This document shows, one piece after another, positions 40,835-57,044 of a stretch of DNA of 64,000 nt. Source of the DNA: the human T2T-CHM13v2.0 reference genome, Homo sapiens; the NCBI RefSeq assembly GCF_009914755.1, contig NC_060928.1. One strand, written 5' to 3'. A program made the position numbers and the translations under genes. Under the pieces are notes generated by a model. That model ran no database searches, was not told the DNA's origin, and saw only the letters and a list, made by a program, of their open reading frames with translations. Positions within the stretch are counted from its first letter, which is position 1. Each line of letters opens with the position of its first letter.

Positions 40835-41540
40835 GTGTGTGTCCTGCCCAAAGAGAAATGTTAAAGTTCTTTTTTTTTGAGACAGGGTCTCACTCTGTCA
40901 CCCTAGCTGGAGTGTAGTGGCACGCTGTTGGCTCACTGCAACCTCAGCTTCCTGAGTAGCTAGGACTACAGGTGCATGCCACGATGCCTGGCTAAATTTT
41001 GTATTTTTTGTAGAGATGGGTTTTGCCATGTTGCCCAGTCTGGTCTTGAACTCCTGGACTCAAGTGATCTGCCTGCCTTGGCCTCCCAAAGAGCTGAGAT
41101 TACAGGCATGAGCCAATGTGCCTGGCCAAAGTCCTTACTTTCGGTATTTGGTACCCTTATTTAGAAATAGGATCTTTGCAGCTGTAATCAAGTGAAGAAG
41201 AGATCATCCTCAATTAGGGTGGGCCCTAATCCAATATAACTGATATCCTTATAAGAAGAGAAACCAGAGAAACAGAAAGAGGAATGTCAGGTGAAGCTAC
41301 AGCGACACACAGACACAGAGGAAGGTGGCCCTGGGAAGATGGAGGCAATGCCGGAGTCATGCTACTGAAAGCCAGGGAACACCTGGGACTATTGGAAACT
41401 CCAAGAGGCGAGGAAGGATTCTTCCCTAGAGGCTTTGGAAGGAGATTGGTTTGTTCACATCTCAATATTGGGATTATAGCTTCCAGAACTGTGAGAGAAT
41501 TGTGAAATCTGTTACCATGGCTATAGGAAACTGATATAGA
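40835..41540 (+). mobile_element. MLT1B/C-like LTR split by an Alu
   Basis: CCTTATTTAGAAATAGGATCTTTGCAG...ATTAGGGTGGGCCCTAATCCAAT...CCAGAACTGTGAGAGAAT. Confidence 0.8.
40870..41127 (-). mobile_element. AluJ-like with an internal deletion
   Basis: Antisense Alu lacking the segment between CAACCTC and AGCTTCC; TSD AAAGT(T/C)CTT. Confidence 0.9.
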
Positions 41541-42024
41541 AACTCAAACAGGATGTAGCCCAGTTGGCCCTTATGGTTGGGCTGGGGACATCAAGAACAT
41601 CAGAAGCATCTGTTCTAGCTCTCTGTTTAGAAATACTTCCTTACATTCCAATATAATGTTGAAGTTCACAGAACAGTTTTCATGTACATTATCTTCACGA
41701 TTCTATGAGTTTGGTAAGAACCCCTGTATTTTACAGATGAGGTAACTGAGGCTGTGTGTTGAGTGACGTGATCAAAGTGACACAGCTGGTGGATGGCAGA
41801 GCCCAGCTCATTCTCAGTTCTTTCGACTAAAAGTTCAGGGGACTTTCCACTACCCCACTCTGCCAGCCTGGCAGAGTGAAAAGAAGTCTTTGGAAGAGAA
41901 CTCATTTTAACCCTGTGTGTTGCTGTACAGGTGAACTCTGGGTTTGACACAAAACCTTAATCAGATCAGTGAAAGTAAACATGTGCTGAGCTGACTTACA
42001 TAGCAAGAATGGTGTATGGCTTGA

Positions 42025-42710
42025 ATGCTGCCCACCTCTCTTCATCTCCACTGCTACCACCCTAGTCAAAGTGACCATCATCTTTCATTGAACCCACTGC
42101 GCCAGCTGCTGTGGGTGCTTCTGCTCTTGCCCTTGCCAGTCGGTTGGCAAAGCAGCCTGACTGAACATTTAAACATGTAAATCACATGACAACAGTTCCT
42201 TTCAGAGCCTTCAATTGCACACAAAAAAATGTGTACCTTGAACCACAAAGTCCTGCAATCCCTCTGACTTCATCTCATGTCTCATTTACCCTTTGTCCAC
42301 TGTGTTACAACCTCCCTGGTTTTCTTTTTTTTTTTTTTCCTTGAATATGGCAAGACCATGTCCATTACTAGGCCTTTGTACTAGTTTTTTCTATGCTTAA
42401 GCATTAAGGTGGCAGCTCAGAAAGTTCTTCCTTAGAAAGGCCTTCCCTGAATAACCTATCTAAAGTAGTAGCATCACCACAGCCTCTCTCTACCCAATCT
42501 ACTTGGTTTTATTTTCGTCATAGAAATTGTTACTATTTCAAATTATGTTGTTTACAATTTTTTTGTTTGTTTGTTTATTGTCTGTCTCCTTTATAAGTCT
42601 CTAAGATTGTGAGGGCAAAAACCTTGTCCATATTTTTCTTTGTGGTATTTCCAGCATATAATTCAGTGACTGCTAGATAGTAAATGCTCAGTAAAGGTTG
42701 GTTGAATAAA
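42025..42710 (+). mobile_element. L2 LINE 3' fragment
   Basis: CCACTGCTACCACCCTAGTC..., AGGCCTTCCCTGA, and an L2-type end TAGTAAATGCTCAGTAAAGGTTGGTTGAATAAA. Confidence 0.75.
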
Positions 42711-42719
42711 CACCAACTT

Positions 42720-42950
42720 CATAAGTGATAATAGCCAAGTTTTCCAGAGCTGACTATGCGTCAGGTACTGATCTGATCCTTACATAAATAATCTTATTTG
42801 CAGCAACCCTATGAGTTAGAAATGATTCTTCATCCCCATGTTGGAGATGAGACACTAAAGCTGAGAATGATTGAAGGATATGCTCAAGGTTACATAACTA
42901 ATAAGTATCAGAGGCAGGACTCGAACCCAGGTATGTGAATGACAAGTTTG
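42720..42950 (-). mobile_element. MIR SINE
   Basis: CAACCCTATGAG...CCCCATGTTGGAGATGAGACACT...CAAGGTTACATAACTAATAAGT...GGACTCGAACCCAGG. Confidence 0.75.
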
Positions 42951-45900
42951 TTCTCTTGCTTCAATGCTCTCTGCTCATAGATTGTGCACAAACGCTAGTG
43001 GCTTCTTTCATGGCAGGCAATGACCATTTTACAAGGCAAATGTTAGGTATCAAAGCAATGCTCTTTTCCTTTTTGTGGGAGTTGACTGGCTCAGTTCTCA
43101 GATCCAGAGCCATAGCTTAGTCAGGAAAATGGCCCTACTCTTGCCAGTCCCACTGGTTTGAAGGGTGCATCATTTACTTTGGTGTTTTATGGGTTTTGGG
43201 GACATGATCCAGACAAATCAATGGATTCCCTGATAATAGAGGCTCCTTAGAAACAAAGGGGTCATGGCAGAGCGTTGTTCAATGCTTCCCCTCCTTCTCA
43301 TATGCCTCCTATTAATTTCCACTTTTGCATTAGCAGAGCTGGCTGGGACGCAGGCTCCATTTAGCTAAATGATGAAACACAAACGTTTATTGAGACTGTG
43401 CTTCGAATCAACAGGGTTTTCCTCAGATTGAGTTGCCGCCAATTATCCTCCATGCAATTATGGTGATCCCAGAAGCAAGCAGATGGGGAAGAGTTTTGTT
43501 TTCAAATGGAGGAGAAACCAATATGTAGGAAGAAAAGGCAGCTTGTTCATTTGAACAGACTCCAGGTGGCTGGTCGCCAAAAGGCAAAGAGCTGGGGAGC
43601 CGGGTCTGGCCCTGGATCAGTCCGACTGCCCACAGACCAGAGAAACCACCGAAACAACAGGGTTCTGCCTCCACTCATCTCTTTTGCCATCGGCCAGGTT
43701 GGCCGCGAGAGTGGAGGCCACGGGAGAGACAGGCCACAGAGGCCCTCACAAGTCAGTCTCTTGACCTTGATGCCACTGGAACATTGAGTCCTGCTATTTT
43801 GTTGTTGTTCAACAGCGACACGTCGGTGTATTTTATTAGAGAAGAAAATTCAAGAAAAGGCATGCAAAAGCCCAAACCATATGGCAAATCTCCTTGGACA
43901 GACTTGATTATTTGGAGTTTCATAAAACCTAAAAGCTATTTCTTTTTTCTTAAGGATTACATTGTCCCGGACTTCTTGTTGGACCCTGACTCTTGAGGTT
44001 ACCATTCACAGGAGAACAGAGGATGCTGTTGAATGATTACCATAATTATTTCTGTCAGAGTTTATATTTATAATTACACAATGCACCTAAGACTCCATAA
44101 AAAATAGTCACTAATGTCAGTTCTAGGGGCATCAATGCTTACAGGGGATTTGTTCCCCTTTTGACAAGAAGGGAACATTATCAGATTGAAATAAATCCGA
44201 GGCACATGGAGTGTGGAAATGATATTTACATTTACTCAGTAAATTAATTGAGGTAAGAAAGGTATAATTAAATGAGGAAAATTGTCATGCAAAAATCAGC
44301 CCAACTCATAAGCTCAATAAAGGTGTTTGAATTTTGGTTCATCACTCACATAACAAATAATGATCTGCATTCTCGTTTCAAAAAGAGTAGCCATTTCACC
44401 TAGATAAATAGGTGATAATATGTTTAGATACCTCAGTTTTAGTCTTTGTCCAGTCACATATATTCACATAATCTTTGTTAGATCACTCATCCTCTCTGAG
44501 AGTTTGTCTCTTTCTCCAGATTAAGGGAGCACTCTCAAGTTCTGTGATAAATTTCACTAATGGATCCTGATGCCTGCATTTTTGGGCAGAGGGAAAAAAT
44601 AGCCTGATAAATTTTGGGCTTCTTAAGGGACTGATTGACTCTGTACGTATCTAAATGAGATTGCTAGAGAGCATGTTGATGATTTCATAATGTTTTCATT
44701 TTACAACTGTTGCACACCTCTTACCTGAGTGACTATTATGGGAATAAACTGGGAAATGCAAAACAGAACTTGGCCATATAACAGCATATAGGAGATGGAT
44801 GGTGTCTATTTTGATGGTAAGGGAAAAAAGCCCAGGAAACCTCTTAGAGGCAGGAAACAATTTTGGAAGTGCTACAAAAGACAATGATATTGTTCTTGGT
44901 TTAATAGGTGATCTGCCCCATGAAATAAAGCTGCAGGGCCACGTTTGTCTTGGTTAATAATGTCAGCGGAATGAGGATGTTTAGCTGTAATAACAGTAAT
45001 AACTGTGTCAATGTAACTGCTGGGGCAGAATTTCCATCTGCAGCCTCATAATATATGACCTTTGTTATGCCTCTATCTGTTGATTTTTTCAAGGCAAAAT
45101 TGGCTTGTCTGTTCTGTTCAGGGGATAGAGGCTCAAACAGTCCATTTTTCCCTGGATAAATCAAGGTCTTGTGGGTGGTAATTTAATCTCCCAAGTATCA
45201 TTTTGGACTTGATTAAAATCACAGAGAAAGAAAGTTGGGCATTAACAAAATACATTGTTCATTTGATACTGAATTAGGTAGGTTTAAAGTAGGACATTTT
45301 ATTTACTTCTTATCTTTCCCTTCATTACTTTCCTTTTATTTTTTTTCTCATAAAACAAATACTGACATCCACATTTTCTTCCTATGACACTTCCCCTGAG
45401 CTTTCCCTGACCTCCCCTGATAGAGTTAACCATTCTGTACTCCTGGAATGTGTTTTTCTTTTTACACTCTTCATACTGTTTTGGCAATACATTTGTTAAT
45501 ATATCTTGTCTCCATCAGTGGTCTGTGAGGTCTTTGACGGTAGAGGCTAGGTATTGCGTATCTCTAATCTTTAAAACCTAATATGGATCTTGGTTGATGT
45601 TCAATGCTTTCTTGAAGTACAATGAAATATTCTGCTTGATGCATTTTTAATTCCAAATGTTTTCACATAATATATGCTCATTTTCCTCTCCCAATCATTT
45701 AATGCTGTGCTTAGGAGAGGTGACATACCAGAATAAGAAACAGATAAAGTGAGGAGGTCAGTTGCAGGTTGGTCAGATTGCTCAGGGCTTCTTGACTAAT
45801 TAGTAGTGAACCCAGGGTCAGAGCTCTTGTTTTCTAATAATTAACCTTGAGCTTGGCCCAGCCCATGTGGGAATGGTAACCTCATGGAGCCTTTGGCATC

Positions 45901-47779
45901 ATTGTTCCCCTTTACCATGCTCAGGCTCATACATCACTTCACCTCCTTTCTATCCCATCTTCCATCTACCCATTTTGCTTTTTCTATTCCATCCACTTGC
46001 TAATTTTATTTTTTACTTTCTTCCATTTTGTTTCTTTCACCACTATTGTCTATCAGCCTCTTTTTTCTCTTTTCTCCCATTCGAGGCCTTAAGCCTGTCA
46101 GTGACACATCCTGAAAGCTATTGCTTAGCTTTAAAAACCATGTTGAGAGTTTCTCTGGCAGGCCTCATCTACATGATTTATACCTATGCCTCAGAAAGTT
46201 CTTGGGGAGACTAAAAATTACACGTAAAGGGCTACCAGACAATCATATCTGGATGCATTGTAAACACTTGATAAATTTGCCAATTACATTGGGCTCTTAT
46301 CTTCTATTGACTTCTCTCTTTTTTAGTATCCAGTTAAACCCACTCTGGCCTTCAAGACCCAGCAGAAGTTTCTCCTTCACAACATTACTCCAGAGTCCCT
46401 CTGGAGGTCTCAGTGTCCTCTGAAATTATAGCACTGTCTATACATACCCCTGGCTAGTCGTATGCTGCCTTATGGAATCTGTTACATTGTCAGTTTCCAT
46501 TTTTGTTTATTTTTGCCCTGTTTTCTCTGCTACACATACATAAAACACATTTGAATGTCCATGATGAGCAGCACTGTATGCTATACTCTGTGGGACAGCT
46601 GACCTCAAAGAGCTCATGACCGTGGGATCATTTCTGATTATGTTCATATTTGCTTGGTGCTTTCTAATGGCTTTCCTGTGCATCTTTGCCTCACTTCTTT
46701 TCCCATGTTTGTGTCTCCTAACTCTACTAGGTGGGCAGAGAAATATTCAATCTCCCCATTTTATAGAGGATCAGGCTGATCTTCAGAGAAGTGAAAGAAG
46801 TTGTTCTAGATTCCATGACAACCCAAATGTAGTGACAATGATGATGATGATGACAATATTGACACATTACCGGCAGGGATACACTTATTCATTCCCTGCT
46901 GTTTTTGTGGATTCTTTTAACCAATGAATTTCCTGGGGGAAGGCTTTGAAAACTTCTTCTCTCTTTCCAGTTAGCCACCAGCCAGTGTGTTGATTCAAGT
47001 TTCTCATTACCACCCTGATATGACAGTAAAAACTCCCGCAGGAAGATCTGCCAATGATTCCAGCCAAAATTGAACAGTAGCTATTTGAAAATCCAATTCC
47101 AATGCTGATTTTAACCATAAAACAACTACAACATCATGGACCAATTCACAGGTAGAAACAAGAAGGCTGAAGAAAGAGAGTGGACAGCAGGAAACACAGC
47201 AGGAGACAGTTAGGATGCAAAATATTTGTATCTGGTGCTTTTGGCCATCCCTTTTAAAGCTCATATTGACAGTTTCCTCTATCTCAGTGTTCAGAGCTTT
47301 GTACTCTTCTAATGTAAGACATTTAAACCTTTGTTCCAATTTAGGTCAAAATCACTCAAGCAGAACCCTGAGTTAATGTGTAAATTTTTCCCTAGGGTGT
47401 CCTTCATTTTGGAATGAAAAGCTTAGTCCCTTCTTAAGAGAATTTCAGGCATTAGTGAGCAGGCTTTAGAATCTTGGGAGGTGGGGGTTAGCAAGAAGAA
47501 CTTTCCAAGTATTATTCCAAGAAAATATCATGCATATGAGTAGAGTATACTCTCTTTTGTCTTTTTTGAGTTTTGATGTTTCTAATATTCTCTATTATTC
47601 AACTATCTGTCTGTTAGTCTGTTATTTGTAAAGGGAGAGAATGGAACTTTGTTCTTGTAGGTCTCTTTCAGCCCTTACGTTATAAGACTCTAGGATTCCC
47701 CATTTGCTCTTATCTCCTCACCGTTCTTTCTAAACCCCCAACATCTTTGTTTATGTTATTATTATTTTTAAATTATTAC

Positions 47780-48140
47780 TGATATGGTTTGGCTGTGTCC
47801 CCACCCAAATGTCATCTTAATTTGTAGCTCCCATAATTCCCACATGTTGTGGGAGGGACCTGGTGAGAGGTAATTGAATCATGGGGGCGGTTTCCCCCAT
47901 ACTATTCTTATGATAGTGAATAAGTCTCATGAGATCTGATGGTTTTATAGGAGGTTTCCTCTCTTACTAGATTCTCATTCTCTCTGGTCTGCCACCATGT
48001 AAGATGTGCCTTTTGCCTTCCATCATGATTATGAGGCCTCCCAGTCATGTGGAACTGTGAGTCCATTAAACCATTTTTTCTTTATAAATTACCCAGTCTT
48101 GAGTATGTTTTTATCAGCAGCATGAAAATGGACTAATACA
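47780..48140 (+). mobile_element. THE1B-like MaLR solo LTR
   Basis: TGATATGGTTTGGCTGTGTCCCCACCC...GGACTAATACA; perfect TSD ATTAC (47775-47779 / 48141-48145). Confidence 0.93.
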
Positions 48141-50024
48141 ATTACATAGTGGAGTTAAAAAAATAAAAATAAAAATCTCTTTCCTTTTCTCCCTCCTTCC
48201 TTCTCACTTCCACTCCTTGCATCCATTGTTGACCGTGTTCTGAATCATCAGTCATAAGCAATATCTATTGATGTCCCCCCATACACACACCTCTGGAAAG
48301 GTATGGAAATAGTTTACTATCCACCCCTTCTACATTCCTCTTCCTAGTTTGTAAATCAATAAGGGGTTCGTCTTTAATTTGTCTATCGGTTGCCCTTGTA
48401 ACTTTAAATAGTATGCTTAAGCTTCTATTCCTTGGTCCTTCAACTCTAATAAGACGAGAACTCTTGTTTTTGTTTTCAATTCCATTGGTAGAAAATTTTC
48501 TCTGCTGGAGTCATCTTGGTAACAGGCCAGGCCTAGTTTTTGTACCGTAGATCAGCACATCCAGGAAAACAACCTGTCACCAGATGGCCAATTAAAACTT
48601 TAGGGGTAAAGACACATTGGAAGCCAATATTATGGAAGGTTTAGTAAAGTTAAAACTGATAAACTCAGGGCAAAAAAAAACAACAACATGATAAACAGTA
48701 ATTGGGAAAATCACTCACTTAAAAAAGAAACACTATCCAACAATTAGTCAAATTAGCACCTCTATTGATTCTTGGAAGAATTTCCTCCCATTTAACCTAC
48801 TCAGATCAATTAGCTTGGCATCTGCCTCCAACTTCATATATCAATATAACTGTTTTCTCCCCAGCTAACTGCTACTTAGGAGACAATGGAGAGGTGGACC
48901 ATTTTACAGGACAATAACATGGTTCCTGGAGAAATAACTCGGGAGACTGAAGAAATCAGATTTATTTCCAAAGAAAATGGTACATCCCTCCCATGGTGCT
49001 TAATACACCAGTGGTTAAACAATTAAGTTTATTTTTGGGTACAAAGTTAATTACTTTGAAAAGGCAGTGATGCTGCCATTGACAAATACTACCCTTAAAA
49101 CCCTCAGAAATAACAAGGCAGTCACCCAGAACAGCTAAAATGGCAACATTTGACATTTGGTATTGCAGGAATTACGGTCTTCCTGCAAAGTTACCTGATC
49201 TTTCTCATCTTAATTGAACCTTATCAGGGCAGGCTTTAGAAGTTATCTGGAGGTGGAGTCTGAGAACCCCACGATTTTCCTTGTTAGGACCAGTGAATAT
49301 TCCCCAAATGACTGTTCTCCTCGATTAGCTGTCAAGCACCTTTCTCTCAATTGTTAAATCCCTTGATTTTAAATTCTATTTAGGAACTAGGCTGGCCCCA
49401 AATGTCAAAGAACACCATCATAATGGCCAAAGAGTGAACTGAATCTTGGTTTGCTTTCTACAAAATTTAGATCCCTGTTGGAAGCAGTAAATTACAAACA
49501 ATAGAAAAGTAATCGAGCACATGTGTTAGACAATGTAAGATTTATATGGCCATTAAAAATAACGCTCTGAAATAATATTTAATGATAATGAAAATGCTGG
49601 CAATAATATTTAGTTGGAAAAGGGCAGGATACAAAACTACCCTGGGAATCTAATTTATTTAAAATAGGTGCATATGGATCATCATTAAATAAAAATGGAT
49701 TTGAAAGAAATATTCTGTGTTTATCACAGGATGGTGAGTTTATGGATGATTTTTATTTTTTCTTTATACTTTTCTGCATTTTCCAAGTATCAAAAATATT
49801 CATTTAACACACATATCTTTTATAGTCTGAAGAAATAAACTATTTTTAAATAATTAAAAGAACATTAAAGGATTAGACATTTAAGGTTTTAGACCATTTT
49901 ACCTCCAACTATCATAGGCAAAGAGCAGGATATCTCCACATTTCTCTTCTTTTTGTGGTTAAAAAAAGGCTGATACCTACTTCTTGCCACAATGGGACAT
50001 AACAAAAGATGTCAGGATCATGCC

Positions 50025-50356
50025 TGCTGTGGTTTGAATGTGTTGTCTCCAAGAGTCAGGTGTTGCCATTGTGATGCTCTTAAGAGGTAGGGCCTTTAAG
50101 AGGTTATTAGTCCATGAGGGCTTTTCTCTTGTTAATGGGATTAAGGTCCTTAGAATAGAGGCTTCTGGTAGCAATCAGCTATCTGTTGCCCTTCTGCATT
50201 CCATCATGTGAGGACACAACAAGAAGGTCCTCACAAAATGCCAGTACCTTGATTTTGGACTTCCCAGCCTCCTGAACTATGAGGAAACATTTTTGCTCTC
50301 TACAAATTCCCCAGTCTGTGGTATTTCATTATAGCAGCACCAAATAGACTAACACA
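50025..50356 (+). mobile_element. MSTC/MSTD-like MaLR solo LTR
   Basis: TGCTGTGGTTTGAATGTG...GGACTTCCCAGCCTCC...AGACTAACACA; perfect TSD ATGCC. Confidence 0.85.
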
Positions 50357-50619
50357 ATGCCTATAAAAGCTTTTATTTCCTTAGAGAATAAAAAGTTTAT
50401 ATACTCTTCTAATAATGTATTTCCTAAGTGATTGTGGGTCAGTTAAAGACCCAGCAGAAGACAGACAGAACATATCATAGAGAAGGGTTCAGTATAGGTC
50501 CTATTTACAAAGGTGGTGTCAGACTGAAGGGCAATCAACAAGGATGGTGGAACTGCAGAGAATGCTAGTTGTAGGAGAAGACCTAATGACAGTAGTCACA
50601 GTCTTTGATGTGATAGGCC

Positions 50620-50960
50620 AGATGGAATACTGCAAAGCAATAAAATGTAATGAACTATTGATAGACTCAACAACATAGATACATCTCAAAATAATTATGT
50701 TGAACCAAAGAGTTCATACTCTATGATTCCATTTATATTAAATTCTAATGAAGGTAAAACAAATCCATAATGACAGAAATGAGATCAGTTGTTGCTGGGG
50801 CTGGGGAGATAGGGACTTGTGGCAAGAAAGAAGTAGAAAACATTTTATGGTAATAAAAAGCTTTCTTTCTTGATTGTGGCAGTGGTTACACAGGTGTACA
50901 TTTTTGTCAAAAGTCATCAAATGGTATGAGTAAAATGGATTTTACTGCATGCAAATAGAT
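50620..50960 (+). mobile_element. Old L1M (ME-like) 3' fragment
   Basis: ATGGAATACT...CAACATAGATACATCTCAAAATAATTATGTTGA...TATGATTCCATTTATAT...GTCAAAAGTCATCAAA. Confidence 0.7.
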
Positions 50961-52140
50961 TAGTTAATAACAATTAGGAAGCCACCTCCAACAAGTAGTT
51001 CAGAGAATAAAAACCAGAGGTACAAGATGCCAGTGTCCTTCCCTCCTGCTCTCTATTCTCTTGCTTCTATCTCTCATGGCTATCCCACCTGGAAGCCAGA
51101 TGGGTTTTGAGGCAGGCTTTTAAGATCAGCCTTTCAGAGCCCAGAGCAGAGTAGAGAGTAGATCTCTAGGAGCCAGTGGAGAATGTCCTTCAGATTGTTT
51201 CCGTGCAGTGTGAGTCCCTTAACAAACCACTGGGAGAAAATGATTAGGTAGGAAAGTACCTCTTGGTTAACAAACTTGCAAATAGGACAATTGACAACAT
51301 AGGTCAAATTGATTGAGGACCCTGTCTATACTAGGAAAGTACAGTGTGATATTGCAGAAAAATAATCCATGATGTATCCCTCTCTTTCCTCTCAACACAC
51401 CTAGAAAGAAAAATCTGGATGCTAGCAGCTTGAAACTACTTTCTCAGGTGGTTATGTGCCCAACTGCAGAACCTTCTGCCTGAGAGTCCCAAGGGACTTG
51501 CTGAGCACAGCCATGCTCATCTTTCTGGATGTCAGCATCAAAGGTTAGGGCCTACTTTACACAGCCTTGTGTCCCACGGTGACTCATTAGGTGTCTGTAA
51601 TCCCTTTATATGCATTTATTTAATATTTTGTCTGCTGCCACCAAGTTAGGAGAATTGATATCTGAATTCAATAGATGACTGAAATGTGGCATCATATATA
51701 TTTCTCAAGGCCAAATAACATTTTTTAAAAGTTATGGAACATTTCCAAGTTTAGGGAAATAAAATGCAAAACATAATTTTAGCATTTTTGGAAACACTTA
51801 GTTTAGTAAGAATACTTACCCACTTCTATAAAATAGTGATGCATACATTGATGCTATTGGGAAATACAGGTCTTCCTTTCTCTTTATCAAATGGCCTCAG
51901 ATTGCTACTTACTTTTTTCTTCTTTTTTTATTATTATTATACTTTAAGTTTTAGGGTACATGTGCACAATGTGCAGGTTTCTTACATATGTATACATGTG
52001 CCATGTTGGTGTGCTGCACCCATTAACTCCTCATTTAGCATTAGGTATATCTCCTAATGCTATCCCTCCCCCCTCCCCCCACCCCACAACAGTCCCCAGT
52101 GTGTGATGTTCCCCTTCCTGTGTCCATGTGTTCTCATTGT

Positions 52141-55965
<3,825 letters not shown>

Positions 55966-56028
55966 TATGATGTTAGCTGGTTATTTTGCTCGTTAGTTGA
56001 TGCAGTTTCTTCCTAGCCTTGATGGTCT

Positions 56029-57044
56029 TTACAATTTGTTATGTTTTTGCAGTGGCTGGTACAGGTTGTTCCTTTCCATGTTTAGTGCTTCCTTCAAGAG
56101 CTCTTGTAGGGCAGGCCTGGTGGTGACAAAATCTCTCAGCATTTGCTTGTCTGTAAAGTATTTTATTTCTCCTTCACTTATGAAGCTTAGTTTGGCTGGA
56201 TATGAAATTCTGGGTTGAAAATTCTTTGCTTTAAGAATGTTGAATATTGGCCCCCACTCTTTTCTGGCTTGTAGAGTTTCTGCCGAGAGATCAGCTGTTA
56301 GTCTGATGGGCTTCCCTTTGTGGGTAACCCGACCTTTCTCTCTGGCTGCCCTTAACATTTTTTCCTTCATTTCAACTTTGGTGAATCTGACAATTATGTG
56401 TCTTGGAGTTGCTCTTCTCAAGGAGTATCTTTGTGGCGTTTTCTGTATTTCCTGAATTTGAATGTTGGCCTGCCTTGCTAGACTGGGGAAGTTCTCCTGG
56501 ATAATATCCTGCAGAGTGTTTTCCAACTTGGTTCCTTTCTCCCCGTCACTTTCAGGTACACCAATCAGACGTAGATTTGGTCTTTTCACATAGTCCCTTA
56601 TATTTTGGAGGCTTTGTTCGTTTCTTTTTATTCTTTTTTCTCTAAACTTCCCTTCTCACTTCATTCCATTCATTTCATCTTCCATCGCTGATACCCTTTC
56701 TTCCAGTTGATCGCATCGGTTACTGAGGCTTATGCATTTGTCACGTAGTTCTCGTGCCGTGGTTTTCAGCTCCATCAGATCCTTTAAGAACTTCTCTGCA
56801 TTGGTTATTCTAGTTATCCATTCGTCTCATTTTTTTTCAAAGTTTTTAACTTCTTTGCCATTGGTTCGAGGTTCATCCTTTAGCTCAGAATAGTTTGATC
56901 TTCTGAAGCCTTCCTCTCTCAACTCGTCAAAGTCATTCTCCGTCCAGCTTTGTTCCGTTCCTGTGAGGAGCTGCGTTCCTTTGGAGGAGGAGAGGTGCTC
57001 TGATTTTTAGAGTTTCCAGTTTTTCTGCTCTGTTTTTTCCCCAT
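56029..57044 (-). pseudogene. L1 ORF1p, frameshifted near the N-terminus
   Basis: ATGGGGAAAAAACAG start at 57044. The span is 1016 nt (not divisible by 3), with an apparent 1-nt loss near 56962. The C-terminal 186 aa (KRPNLRLIGVPE...) are intact. Confidence 0.93.

Noticed and set aside
43423-43996. 83-, 93- and 70-aa ORFs in the unique GC-richer patch
   Set aside because: No recognisable homology and no convincing flanking splice sites; they overlap on opposite strands, as expected by chance.
45867-46927. Hydrophobic Phe/Leu-rich ORFs resembling membrane proteins
   Set aside because: They result from T/C-rich low-complexity DNA and MIR/L2 remnants; no family resemblance.
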